A DNA stretch of 64,000 nt from an uncultured Acidimicrobiaceae bacterium (GCA_963763085.1 CAVXNB010000003.1:469232-533231), one strand, 5' to 3'; counted from the first letter of the stretch, positions 42,402 to 52,078 are shown. Translations and numbers: made by a program. The notes: generated by a model not told the origin, from the sequence alone.

Positions 42402-43693
42402 CGAGGTCGCCGGCCCGACTCGTAGGTGAAGCTGAGCTCTCCGATGCGAACCGCGTCGCCGTCGCGGGCGCCCGCTCTGGTCAAGGCGCGGTCGACGCCG
42501 AGGCGCTTGAGACGGCGGTGGACGTGATCGAGCGCCTCGGCGTTCGTGAGATCGGAGACGGCAACCGCCCGGGCCGCCTCGCGTCCGGTCACGACGAAGA
42601 CCGAGCCCTCCCGGCTCACGGTCACGCCCTCCGGCTCGGGCCGGTGCACGACGGCGACCTGGCGCGGCGAGGGCGACTCGGCGCGGGCCTCCTCGACCAC
42701 CGTCGCCAGCCGGCCGAGCAGCCGTGGCAGGCCGGTGCCGACTACCGCCGAGATCTCGAGCTCGCCGCCGAACTCGGCCAAATCGGCGGCGGCGTCCTCG
42801 GGCGGGCGGCGGTCCGCTCGCGAGCCGACGATGATCCTCGGACGGTCGAGCAGTTCGGGCCGGTACCGGCGGAGCTCCTCGAGCAGGATCCGCACCTGGT
42901 CGGCAGGTGCACGTCCCTCGTCTTCTCCGAGGTCGGCGAGCACGAGCAGGACACGGGCACGCTGCAGATGGCGGAGGAACTTGTGCCCGAGACCCTTTCC
43001 CTCCGAAGCGCCTTCGATCAAACCGGGAATGTCCGCCACGACGAACTCGACGGCGGAGGGATCCTGCCGGCTCTTGCCTCCGACGCGCACGACCCCGAGA
43101 TGGGGCTCGAGCGTCGTGAACGGATAGTCGGCGATCCTCGGCTTGGCGGCGGAGATCCTCGACACGAGCGTCGACTTGCCGGCGTTCGGGAACCCGACGA
43201 GTGCGACATCGGCCATGAGCTCGAGCTCGAGGCTCAGCCAGTACTCCTCGCCGAGCTCGGCCTGCTCGGCGAAGGCCGGCGCACGCAACCGGTTGCTCAG
43301 GAAACGGGCATTTCCCCGCCCGCCCCTCCCGCCCGCCGCAGCGAGGTAGCGGTCGCCCGCCGAGGCGAGATCGGCGAGGACGTCGCCGTTCGGGTGGCGC
43401 ACCACGGTGCCCACTGGGACGGGGACGAGGAGGTCGGGGCCGTTGCGGCCGTGCCGTTTCTTGCCGCCTCCGTGGCCACCGTCGCCGGCGCGCCGGTGCG
43501 GATGGTCGACGAAGGACAGGAGGGAGGAGAGGTTCGTCGTGGCCTCGAGCACGACGTCGCCGCCGCGGCCGCCGTCGCCGCCGTCGGGACCGCCACGCGA
43601 GACGTGCGCCTCTCGGCGGAACGAGACAGCGCCGGCTCCCCCGTTACCGCCCTTCACGTGTATCTGAGACTCGTCGACGAAGGCCGATGCCAC
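42398..43693 (-). CDS. obg: GTPase Obg/CgtA
   Basis: Gly-rich Obg fold (..KGGNGGAGAVSFRRE..GGPDGGDGGRGG..), G domain (GFPNAGKST), and a C-terminal OCT domain. Confidence 0.95.
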   Translation of the reverse strand: MASAFVDESQIHVKGGNGGAGAVSFRREAHVSRGGPDGGDGGRGGDVVLEATTNLSSLLSFVDHPHRRAGDGGHGGGKKRHGRNGPDLLVPVPVGTVVRHPNGDVLADLASAGDRYLAAAGGRGGRGNARFLSNRLRAPAFAEQAELGEEYWLSLELELMADVALVGFPNAGKSTLVSRISAAKPRIADYPFTTLEPHLGVVRVGGKSRQDPSAVEFVVADIPGLIEGASEGKGLGHKFLRHLQRARVLLVLADLGEDEGRAPADQVRILLEELRRYRPELLDRPRIIVGSRADRRPPEDAAADLAEFGGELEISAVVGTGLPRLLGRLATVVEEARAESPSPRQVAVVHRPEPEGVTVSREGSVFVVTGREAARAVAVSDLTNAEALDHVHRRLKRLGVDRALTRAGARDGDAVRIGELSFTYESGRRPR

Positions 43694-43714
43694 GATCAGA
43701 GCCTCACGGCGGGT

Positions 43715-44278
43715 TCAGTTCGACGACAGGTCGGAAGGGTAGAGCGCGAGCACCGCCAGCCACCCACCTTGTCGGCGCAGCACGCGCGACCAGAGCCCCT
43801 CGGGATCACCCGAGAGAACATCCTGGTGGCGGCCCTCAAGCACGTGCCACGATCCCGAGGCGATCTCGTCCGCGAGCTGCCCTGGCCCCCAACCCGCGTA
43901 TCCCGTGAAGACACGGACCTCGGCCAGCGGCACCGGCACGTCGACGGGATTCTCGTGCAGGTCGACCGTGCCCAGGGCTCCGATGAGGGGCGCGAACCCC
44001 GCGGCATCCGCCGCCTCGGGCAGCTCCGTACGACCGATGCAGATCGCCGCGCTCGGCTGGACCGGCCCGCCCGTGAACAACACCGACGGGGAGGCCGCAA
44101 GGCCGCCCCAGCCAGGAACGATCTCCTCGACGGGGACGTGGCTCGGCCGGTTGAGCACGACGCCGAGCGTCCCGTCGTCGTCATGGGCGAGCAGGAAGAT
44201 GACGCTTCGGGCAAAGTTGGGGTCGGCAAGCGTGGGCGCGGCGACGAGCAGCGACCCCTTGCCAGGGGTGTCGGCCAT
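43715..44278 (-). CDS. YqgE/AlgH family protein (UPF0301)
   Basis: 187-aa ORF with ..GSLLVAAPTLADPNFARSVIFLLAHDDDGTLGVVLNRP.., typical of the AlgH family. Confidence 0.85.
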   Translation of the reverse strand: MADTPGKGSLLVAAPTLADPNFARSVIFLLAHDDDGTLGVVLNRPSHVPVEEIVPGWGGLAASPSVLFTGGPVQPSAAICIGRTELPEAADAAGFAPLIGALGTVDLHENPVDVPVPLAEVRVFTGYAGWGPGQLADEIASGSWHVLEGRHQDVLSGDPEGLWSRVLRRQGGWLAVLALYPSDLSSN

Positions 44279-44291
44279 GTTCCTCGGGGCG

Positions 44292-44549
44292 TCAGTCCTC
44301 GACCGGTATGACGTCCACGAGACGACGGCCGTGACGCGATCCGAACTTCACCTTGCCATCGGCCTTCGCGAACAGCGTGTCGTCGCGGCCGCGTCCCACG
44401 TTGTGCCCAGGATGGAAATGGGTGCCACGCTGGCGCACGACGATGGTGCCAGCGTGGATCGCCGTGCCGTCGAACACTTTCACGCCTAGGCGCTGGGCGT
44501 TGGAGTCGCGGCCGTTGCGGGTGGAGCCGCCGCCTTTGGTCTTGGACAT
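44292..44549 (-). CDS. rpmA: 50S ribosomal protein L27
   Basis: 85-aa L27 ([24 protein letters not shown]..). GAGGAG lies upstream. Confidence 0.95.
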   Translation of the reverse strand: MSKTKGGGSTRNGRDSNAQRLGVKVFDGTAIHAGTIVVRQRGTHFHPGHNVGRGRDDTLFAKADGKVKFGSRHGRRLVDVIPVED

Positions 44550-44561
44550 GAACGATGCTCC

Positions 44562-45006
44562 TCAGTCTTCGGTCGCGTTGGTGGGCTCGTCCGCCGCGTC
44601 CGGGCCGCCGCTCGCCTCCGGGCCGCCGCTCGCCTCGGGGTCGGCGCCGGCCTCGGGGGCGGCCGTCTCGGTCTCCGCCTCGGTCTGCCTCCGGCCTGGG
44701 AAGTCGATGGCGGTGATCTCGACGGTGGTGTACTGCTGACGGTGCCCGTAACGGCGGCGGCCGCCGCGCCTTGGCCTTGTAGGTGAAGCCGACGATCTTC
44801 GGCCCTTTCGCGAACCCGATGACCCGGCCGGTGACGCTCGAGGCCCCGAGGGGGTCGCGCTCGGCCACGACCTGGTCGCCGTCGACCACGAGCTTGGGGA
44901 CGAAGCTCACTTCGTCACCCGGGCCGGCGGCAAGCAACTCGACGTCGAGCTGCTCGCCGACCTGGACCCGCGCTTGTTTGCCGCCTGCGTCGATCACCGC
45001 GTACAT
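44562..45006 (-). pseudogene. rplU: 50S ribosomal protein L21 with an apparent single-base frameshift
   Basis: The frame from 45006 gives MYAVIDAGGKQARVQVGEQLDVE..KIVGFTYKAKAR and then turns to junk. A second frame continues GRRRYGHRQQYTTVEITAIDF.. and stops at 44562-44564, just before the rpmA RBS. The break is near 44750-44772 in a run of GGC/GCC repeats. Confidence 0.8.
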
Positions 45007-45031
45007 AGACGAGCCACGATAGCGCAGCGCT

Positions 45032-46975
45032 TCACAATTGCTGGTCGGGGAAGATGATCCCTCGTCCGTTGCACATCGGGCAGGTCTCCGACAAGGTCTC
45101 GACCAGACCTTCGCCGACCCGCTTGCGCGTCATCTCTACCAGGCCGAGCTCGGAGATCTCGTAAACCTGCGTCGGCGTCTTGTCCCGAGCCAGCGCCGCC
45201 TTGAAGGCGGCGAGCACCGAGGCACGGTTCGACTTGATCTCCATGTCGACGAAGTCGATCACGATGATTCCGCCGATGTCGCGTAGCCGCAGCTGGCGGG
45301 CGATCTCCTCGGCCGCCTCGAGGTTGTTCTCGAACACGGTCTCCTCGAGGCTGGAGGAGCCGACGTTCTTGCCGGTATTGACGTCGATGACCGTCAGCGC
45401 CTCGGTCCGCTCGATGATCAGCGAACCGCCCGACGGGAGCCAGACCTTACGGTCGAGCGCCTTGTGCAGCTGCTCGTGCACGTGGTGGCGCTCGAAGAGC
45501 GGGAGAGGCTCGACGGTGAGGTCGTAGAGCTCCACGCGCTCGGCGAGCTCCGGGTTGAACTGGGTGACGTAGTCGCGCACGATCGCGAACAGCTCGGGAT
45601 CGTCGATGAGCACGGAGCGGTGCTCGTCGGTGAGCTCCTCGCGGATTATCCGCACGGCCATGTGAGGCTCGGAGTACAACAGCTCGGGAGCCGGCAGCTT
45701 CCGCGTCCGCTCGTCGATCTCCCGCCAACGACCGACCAGCTGCTCCACGTCCCGGCGCAGGTCCTCGGCGCTGGCGCCGGCCGCGGCGGTGCGCACGATG
45801 AGCCCGTGGCCCTCGGGGCGGACCTCGTCGAGGGTCCGCCGCAGCCTCCGGCGCTCGTTGTCGTCGAGGCGTCGCGAGATCCCGTAGGTCGTCGACTCCG
45901 GCACCAGCACGACGAAACGGCCCGGGATCGACACCTCCTGGGTCAGCCGCGCGCCTTTCAGCCCGATCGGGTTCTTCGTCACCTGGCAGACGATGGTCTG
46001 GCCCGGCCGGAGCAGGTGCTCGATACGGTCGGCGCCGGCCTGCCGCTCGACGTCGTCGCGGTCGTACGAGACGTCGCCCCAGTAGAGGACCGCATTCTTC
46101 GGCGTGCCGATGTCGACGAAGGCGGCCTCCATACCCGGCAGCACGTTCTTCACCCGGCCGCGGTAGATGTTGCCGACGATCTGGTTCGCGTCGTCCTGGG
46201 GCCGGGCCACGAAGTGCTCGATGAGGGCCCTGCCTTCGAGCACGGCGATGTGGGTGGCCCCGGGCTCGACGTGCACGCACATGAGGTAGCGCCCGACCGG
46301 CCGGCCGCGGCGGTCCCGGCCCCTCCGGGCCAGGTCGTCGAGGCTCTCCGGGCCGCCGGTGTCAGACGAGGCGGCGTGCGCCGCCGCCGACCTGGCTACG
46401 ACACGCTCGGGGAGATCGCCGGCTGCGGACCCGCCGGCGGGCCGCCGCTGCTGCGCGCCCGGAGCGGCATCAGCCTTGCTTCGAGGTGCGCGGGTCTGCC
46501 CGGATGTGCCGGACGTGCCGCTGTTGCCGCCGCCGGGGGCATTGCCGGGACCGCCGCCAGCTGCCGTCGGGGCGTTCGGACCGCCGTTCCGGCTCGACGC
46601 TGCTCCTGAGCCGCGTGAACGGCCCCGCCCGCCGCGACGCCGGCGGGAGGCGCCGCCGGCCGCCGGTCCCGTAGCGGGGACCGAGGTGTCGGAGTCCCCG
46701 TCAGAGCTCGGCCGGCGCTCGGTCGCCGGGCCTGAGTCGGGCGCTTGTCCCTTGCGTCCGTTAGGCGAGGGCGGCTGCAGTGCCGATGAGGCCGCCGGCG
46801 CCGGTCGCGTGTCGCCGATCTTCGGCCTCGTGGGCAGGGTCGGCAGGCTTGCGCCGGTGGACAGCGAGGTGCTCGGTTCGGTGTTGCGCGCTCCGTCCGC
46901 CGCCTCGGGTGCACCAGGCGCGCGTTCGGGCGCGTCTGGTACAGACGCCGGGCGGCCGGTCGTCGGATCCGACAT
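45032..46975 (-). CDS. rne: ribonuclease E/G family endoribonuclease with a long disordered N-terminal region
   Basis: S1 plus catalytic core (..NIYRGRVKNVLPGMEAAFVDIG..IDVNTGK..CPMCNGRG). ATG 46975 is preferred (GGAGAAGGG upstream). The first approx. 260 aa are Pro/Gly/Arg/Ser-rich. Confidence 0.85.
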   Translation of the reverse strand: MSDPTTGRPASVPDAPERAPGAPEAADGARNTEPSTSLSTGASLPTLPTRPKIGDTRPAPAASSALQPPSPNGRKGQAPDSGPATERRPSSDGDSDTSVPATGPAAGGASRRRRGGRGRSRGSGAASSRNGGPNAPTAAGGGPGNAPGGGNSGTSGTSGQTRAPRSKADAAPGAQQRRPAGGSAAGDLPERVVARSAAAHAASSDTGGPESLDDLARRGRDRRGRPVGRYLMCVHVEPGATHIAVLEGRALIEHFVARPQDDANQIVGNIYRGRVKNVLPGMEAAFVDIGTPKNAVLYWGDVSYDRDDVERQAGADRIEHLLRPGQTIVCQVTKNPIGLKGARLTQEVSIPGRFVVLVPESTTYGISRRLDDNERRRLRRTLDEVRPEGHGLIVRTAAAGASAEDLRRDVEQLVGRWREIDERTRKLPAPELLYSEPHMAVRIIREELTDEHRSVLIDDPELFAIVRDYVTQFNPELAERVELYDLTVEPLPLFERHHVHEQLHKALDRKVWLPSGGSLIIERTEALTVIDVNTGKNVGSSSLEETVFENNLEAAEEIARQLRLRDIGGIIVIDFVDMEIKSNRASVLAAFKAALARDKTPTQVYEISELGLVEMTRKRVGEGLVETLSETCPMCNGRGIIFPDQQL

Positions 46976-47309
46976 CGGGGAGATCCCTTCTCCAGGTCGC
47001 GCCATATGAAGGCGCGGATGGCATCCGTCGAGCGGCGCGGGCGGGCGTGAGCCCTCCTGTGCGCTCGGAGCGGGTGCCGAGATTGACAACGAAAACACGT
47101 TCCTTGTCGTCTCTTTCGCGACGTCCGGCGCGAGATGGAACCACAGCGCAGTCGGCGATAGCGAAGAGGACGAAACAGGTGACGACGGTCGCGCCAGCTG
47201 CCAACGGCAGCGTCAAAAAGGGCCTTGGCGTCGTCATCCTGGACTGCAGTCTAGTCCCTCACCAGGTCCGTCCGATGCCAACGACAGCCCCCCATTACCG
47301 CTTCGTGCG

Positions 47310-49424
47310 TCAGGGAGCGTTCGCCGGAGGACGGAGGTCCGCGGCACCGATCGGATGGGCTGAGAGATATTCGAAAATCTGCCGGGCGACCGGAGCCGCG
47401 GCTGCAGCGCCGTAACCCGCCTGATCGATGACGACGGCCACGACGTAGCGCGGCGTCGAAGGTGGTGTCGGGCCGAAGGCGACGAACCACGCCGTCGGCT
47501 GGACGCCCTTGACCGCGCTCTCGGTGGCCGTGCCGGTCTTGCCCGCCAGCGGCATCCCCCTGTAGCCCTTGAACGTGCCGTACGCCGTTCCCAGGTCGTG
47601 CGGGTCCGAGGAGTAGATGACCCCTTCGAGCCCGGCGAGGATCGGGTCGTAGGTGCTCGCCGGCAGCGGGACATGGCCCGTGACACGTGGCTTGAATTGC
47701 TCGACGACCTTGCCCGCCGGCGAGACTATGGAGTTCACCATCTGCGGCGCGTACCGGGTGCCGCCGTTGGCGAACGTGGCGTAGGCCGTCGCCACTTGCA
47801 GCGGGGTGACAACCGTCTCGCCCTGCCCGAAGGCCATCTCGATGTTGTCTCCGATGCCGTAGTACGAGCTCTCGAAGTCCTGCGGGTACTCAGAGAACTG
47901 GATCTGGCGCAACCGCGGGCTGTCCACCTGGCCGGGGGACTCGCCCGGGAGGTCGACCCCGGTCGGCTGACCGAAGCCGTACTGCCCCGCTACTTTCTGG
48001 ATCGGCGTCTGTCCGTATTTCGCCGCGTCGTACCAGTAGTCGGCACCGAGGGTGTAGAAGAACACGTCGTCCGAGGCCGTGAGCGCCGTCGTGACGCCGA
48101 TCATGCCGAGGCCGGCCTCGTGCTGGCCGTTGTTGGTGTTGTCGTAGTAGGTGCAGACGCCGCTGCACGGCGCCTTGATCTGGTATGAACCCGGGTCGTT
48201 GATGACGCTCCCGGCGGTCAGCAGGCCGTCGTTCAGCGCCGCGGTCGCGGTCGCGAGCTTGAACGTCGACCCGGGGGCCCACAGCCCGTCGATCGCCCTG
48301 TTGGTCAGGGGGCGGTGCTTCGCGGCGCTCTTCAGCAGGTTGAAGTGGGCATCGGAGATGCCGCCCACCCACCAGGAGGGGTTGTAGGTCGGCACCGACG
48401 CCATGGCGAGAACCGCCCCGGTCTGGGGATCGAGCACTACCGCCGCGCCGGAGTCGGCGCGGCGGTTATGAGCCTCGAGCTTCGCGATCTGGTTGGTCAG
48501 CGCGCTTTCGACCAGTTGCTGGAGTTTGACGTCGACGTTGAGGACGACATCGTCGCCGCTGACCGGGTTCCTCGTCGACACGACGCCGACCGGGTTGCCG
48601 AGCGCGTCGACCTTGATGACCTGCGAGCCGGGCGTCCCTCGCAGCCAGCGCTCATAGGACCCTTCGACGCCGGACTGGCCGATGACGTCGTTGGCGTTGT
48701 AGCCGTCCTTGGCCAAGGCCTTCAGCTCTGGGGCGTCGATGTCGCCTACGTAACCGAGCACCTGTGCGGCGGTGTCGCCAAAGGGATACCGGCGCTCCGC
48801 TGTGAAGGCGACGGCCACCCCGGGGAACATGCTCTTGTGCTCGGCCAGATAGACAATGGTCGATTGCGAGACCCCGATTGCGATGGGAACGGGCTGCAGA
48901 GCGCTCGCCTGGGGGTTCGCGAGAGCGGTGGACACCTCGCTGTCGGACTCGCCTAGCAGGGCCGCCAGGCGCCCGACGACCGCCGATGTCGCCGTGGCGC
49001 GGCGGAGCGTGACAACCGGCAGCACTTCATCGCCTACGAGCACCTGACCCCCGCGGGCGATGATCAAGCCCCGGGTAGGCGCCAACGGCACGGTCTGGTC
49101 CTGGTAGACGTGCTCGGCGTTCACGTAATGCGAGCTGTGGAGCACCTGTAGCGACCAGAGGCGGACGACCACGGCGGAGAACGCCGCCAGCACGATCAGT
49201 CCCATGACCGTGAGCCGAAGGCCGTACCGAGCCTGCTCATGGCGGCGCTGCTGTTCGCGCTCTTGATCTTCGATGCGCTTCAGCGGGCTCGAGCTGACGA
49301 TCCTCGTCCGGTGTCGCTCGGTCTCCTCGTCGGCGGGAAAGTACGGAGCGCGCACCGGCCTCGGAGGCCGGGCCCGGTTGGGTCCCTCCGGCGGACTCGG
49401 TCCGTCACCGCCGGTTGTGCTCAC
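47310..49424 (-). CDS. mrdA: penicillin-binding protein 2 (elongation-specific transpeptidase)
   Basis: TM anchor (..LTVMGLIVLAAFSAVVV..), PBP dimerisation domain, and transpeptidase motifs (STFK, SGD..., KTGTA). The GTG at 49424 overlaps the mreD stop. The ORF upstream of it is Arg-rich junk. Confidence 0.85.
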   Translation of the reverse strand: MSTTGGDGPSPPEGPNRARPPRPVRAPYFPADEETERHRTRIVSSSPLKRIEDQEREQQRRHEQARYGLRLTVMGLIVLAAFSAVVVRLWSLQVLHSSHYVNAEHVYQDQTVPLAPTRGLIIARGGQVLVGDEVLPVVTLRRATATSAVVGRLAALLGESDSEVSTALANPQASALQPVPIAIGVSQSTIVYLAEHKSMFPGVAVAFTAERRYPFGDTAAQVLGYVGDIDAPELKALAKDGYNANDVIGQSGVEGSYERWLRGTPGSQVIKVDALGNPVGVVSTRNPVSGDDVVLNVDVKLQQLVESALTNQIAKLEAHNRRADSGAAVVLDPQTGAVLAMASVPTYNPSWWVGGISDAHFNLLKSAAKHRPLTNRAIDGLWAPGSTFKLATATAALNDGLLTAGSVINDPGSYQIKAPCSGVCTYYDNTNNGQHEAGLGMIGVTTALTASDDVFFYTLGADYWYDAAKYGQTPIQKVAGQYGFGQPTGVDLPGESPGQVDSPRLRQIQFSEYPQDFESSYYGIGDNIEMAFGQGETVVTPLQVATAYATFANGGTRYAPQMVNSIVSPAGKVVEQFKPRVTGHVPLPASTYDPILAGLEGVIYSSDPHDLGTAYGTFKGYRGMPLAGKTGTATESAVKGVQPTAWFVAFGPTPPSTPRYVVAVVIDQAGYGAAAAAPVARQIFEYLSAHPIGAADLRPPANAP

Positions 49425-49960
49425 CGTGCGCTGCCGCCGGCGAAGGTCGCGGGATCGTGGTGGACGCCGGGCGCCGGCGCCACCGTCCACTCGAGCAGGC
49501 GGTAGGCGGGAACGGCGAGAATCACGCAGCCGGCCGTGACCACGGCGACGATCTCCACGAGTTGGTGCCGGGGCACGCTCGGCTGGCCGATGAGGGTGGC
49601 GAGGCCGGCGTAGAGAAGGGTGCCTCCGATGCCGCCCAACAGCGCCGTGGCGAGCTGGAAGCCGACCGGCGCCCGCCCGCTCGGGAGCCCCGCCGCCAAG
49701 CCGATCGCAAACGCCACGAGCACATAGCAAAGCGAGGACAGGCCGAAGGGCGTCTGCACGAAGAGGTCGGCGACGAGCCCGAGCGCAAAGCCAATCACCG
49801 CGCCGCGTTGCGGCCCGGCGGCAAGACCGGCTGAGATCGCCAATAGCAGAAACAAGTCCGGGTGCGCCCCAGCAACCACGATCTCGTTCAGGACGCCGAC
49901 TTGGACCACGGCCGCCAGCAGCGCAACCAGGCCCAGCCGGCTCCAGATTCGCAGCGTCAC
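49421..49960 (-). CDS. mreD: rod shape-determining protein MreD
   Basis: 179-aa polytopic membrane protein sitting between mreC and mrdA. Confidence 0.75.
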   Translation of the reverse strand: MTLRIWSRLGLVALLAAVVQVGVLNEIVVAGAHPDLFLLLAISAGLAAGPQRGAVIGFALGLVADLFVQTPFGLSSLCYVLVAFAIGLAAGLPSGRAPVGFQLATALLGGIGGTLLYAGLATLIGQPSVPRHQLVEIVAVVTAGCVILAVPAYRLLEWTVAPAPGVHHDPATFAGGSAR

Positions 49961-50006
49961 CAGCTCGGCCCGTTCTCGGCGTTCCCGCTTATGGGCTGGC
50001 TCACCC

Positions 50007-50840
50007 TCACGCCGGCGCGAGCCACTGCAGAACGGCGACGTACTGCAGAACCGAGAAATTCACGATCGGCGTAACGAGAACCTGGGTTGTCAGCGAACCG
50101 GAGGCGTGCCGCACGGATGCCACCGTACCCACCGGGATCCCCGAAGGGTATGCGGCAGTGTCCAGCCCGCTCGTCACGACCTGGGCACCGGGTCTCGTCC
50201 TGCTGGCCTCGGAGACGTCCTTCAGCTGCAGCGGGTTCCCTTGACCTTGACCTTGCGCGACTGCCACGTTCCCGACCCCGAATCGGACGCCGACGTCCGA
50301 TGCCGGATTGGTCAGCAGCTCCACCACCGCCGTGGTCCGGCCCGCCGAGATGACGGAACCGATGAGCCCGGCTCCCGACACGACGGGCATGCCGGCGCCT
50401 ACGCCGTTCGAGGTGCCGCGGTTGATCTCGATCGTGAGGTCGAAATTCGAGGACGGCGAGGAGATCACCTGCCCGAGCACTTCGGGGATCCCGGCCGCAA
50501 AGGGCAGGTTCTGATCGGCCCGGAGCTGGTTGAGCTGCTCTTGCGCCTGCTGCGACTCGATGAGCTGGCGCCGGAGCTGGTTCACCTCGAGCTGCAGGCG
50601 CTGGTTGTCGCTGAGCGCCCCCCCGTAGTCCACGACCCCCGCGAAGAGGTTGCCGATCGGATGGAGCACCGCGGCGATGGCCCGCTGGACAGGTGCGAAG
50701 GTGTCCCCCGCCCCGTTGCGGACCGAGTTGACGACGTTTTTCGCCTCGCCCCGGTAGGCGATCGTGATCACCGTGACCGAGGCGAGGAGCAGGATCACCA
50801 GCGTCAGGCGCTGGCTCGTGTTGCGGCGCGAAGCCGCCAC
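50007..50840 (-). CDS. mreC: rod shape-determining protein MreC
   Basis: The GTG at 50840 lies 14 nt after the mreB stop. TM anchor, coiled coil (..NQRLQLEVNQLRRQLIESQQAQEQL..), and a beta-rich C-terminal domain (..GMPVVSGAGLIGSV..). Confidence 0.85.
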   Translation of the reverse strand: MAASRRNTSQRLTLVILLLASVTVITIAYRGEAKNVVNSVRNGAGDTFAPVQRAIAAVLHPIGNLFAGVVDYGGALSDNQRLQLEVNQLRRQLIESQQAQEQLNQLRADQNLPFAAGIPEVLGQVISSPSSNFDLTIEINRGTSNGVGAGMPVVSGAGLIGSVISAGRTTAVVELLTNPASDVGVRFGVGNVAVAQGQGQGNPLQLKDVSEASRTRPGAQVVTSGLDTAAYPSGIPVGTVASVRHASGSLTTQVLVTPIVNFSVLQYVAVLQWLAPA

Positions 50841-50854
50841 CGCGACCCCGAAGG

Positions 50855-51886
50855 TCAGCGGTTGGTCGAGGAGATGAGGACCTGCTTGAGCGCCTCGAAC
50901 TCCTCGAGACACATGCCACTGCCGAGTGCGACGCAGTTGAGGGGGTCTGGCGCAACGATGATGGGCATGTGCGTCTCCGCCTGCAGCCTGCTGTCGAGAC
51001 CGTGCAGCAACGCACCGCCGCCGGTGAGCACGATGCCCTGCTCCATGATGTCGGCCGCCAGTTCGGGCGGCGTCCGGTCAAGGGTGACCTTGACCGCGTC
51101 CACGATCGCCGCCACCGGCTCCTCGATGGCTTTGCGGATCTCTTCGGTCGTGGTCACTACCGTCTTCGGAAGGCCGGTGACGAGGTCGCGGCCACGGATC
51201 TCGGCGTGGAGCTCTTCCTCGAGCTCGTAGGCCGACCCGAGGGCGATCTTGATCTCCTCCGCCGTGCGCTCGCCGAGCGCGAGGCTGTACTCCTTCTTGA
51301 CGAACGAGATGATCGCCTCGTCGAGCTCGTCCCCGCCGATTCGGATCGACTGACTGACCACGATGCCGCCGAGGGAGATCACCGCTACCTCGGTGGTGCC
51401 GCCGCCGATGTCGACGACCATGTTGCCGGTCGGCTCGTGTATGGGAAGACCGGCGCCGATGGCGGCGGCCATCGGCTCCTCGATGATGTAGGCCTTCCGG
51501 GCGCCGGCATATTCGGCAGCTTCCTGAACGGCGCGCTTCTCGACGCCCGTGATCCCCGAAGGGACGCAGATGACCATTCGGGGCTTGGAGAACCGGTGAG
51601 GGTGCACCCGGCGGATGAAGTAGCGGAGCATCATCTCGCAGATCTCGAAGTCGGCGATGACGCCGTCCTTCAGCGGCCGGATCGCCTGGATGTTGCTCGG
51701 AGTCCGGCCGATCATCCGTTTGGCCTCGACGCCGACGGCCAGCGGGTGACCGTCCTTGACGTTGATGGCGACGACCGACGGCTCGTTGAGCACAATCCCA
51801 CGGCCCCGCACGTAGACGAGCGTGTTTGCCGTGCCGAGGTCGACGGCCATGTCGCGACCGATAAAGGAGAACCTGTTCTCAGACAT
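50855..51886 (-). CDS. mreB: rod shape-determining actin homologue MreB
   Basis: 343-aa MreB (..[22 protein letters not shown]..). Confidence 0.95.
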   Translation of the reverse strand: MSENRFSFIGRDMAVDLGTANTLVYVRGRGIVLNEPSVVAINVKDGHPLAVGVEAKRMIGRTPSNIQAIRPLKDGVIADFEICEMMLRYFIRRVHPHRFSKPRMVICVPSGITGVEKRAVQEAAEYAGARKAYIIEEPMAAAIGAGLPIHEPTGNMVVDIGGGTTEVAVISLGGIVVSQSIRIGGDELDEAIISFVKKEYSLALGERTAEEIKIALGSAYELEEELHAEIRGRDLVTGLPKTVVTTTEEIRKAIEEPVAAIVDAVKVTLDRTPPELAADIMEQGIVLTGGGALLHGLDSRLQAETHMPIIVAPDPLNCVALGSGMCLEEFEALKQVLISSTNR

Positions 51887-51992
51887 ACAAGTGCTCCAGA
51901 GCTAGGCGGGCTTGCACCGCAAGGCTACGGGATGCGTGCCCAGGTCACAAGAGCGGAGTTGCGGCTCGCCGGTCGCTGTGTCCGGGTGGGAT

Positions 51993-52078
51993 GTTCAAAT
52001 TCTTTTCCAAACTTGCCTCCCATCGAGATTGCGACCAGTCGCAATCATTAACGGAGGCAAGTTGAACGCGTTTTCGAA
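51993..52078. repeat. nested-palindrome AT-rich intergenic element, copy 3
   Basis: AACTTGCCTCC (52010-52020), GATTGCGACCAGTCGCAATC (52027-52046), GGAGGCAAGTT (52053-52063). The arms are identical to copy 1. It has the same TTCAAA..TTCT left flank and GTTGAAC..TTTTCGA right flank. It lies between the ndk stop and the mreB start. Confidence 0.85.

Noticed and set aside
43696-45006. 436-aa ORF starting with the L21 N-terminus
   Set aside because: After about 75 residues it becomes Arg-rich junk that overlaps rpmA and the AlgH-family gene out of frame. The true L21 C-terminus is in another frame and stops at 44562.
46761-47237. 158-aa ORF beginning with a hydrophobic segment in the mrdA-rne spacer
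   Set aside because: Only the first approx. 35 residues look protein-like. The frame then runs out of frame into rne with Arg-rich sequence and has no nearby stop. It is kept only as a remark under the rne-leader finding.
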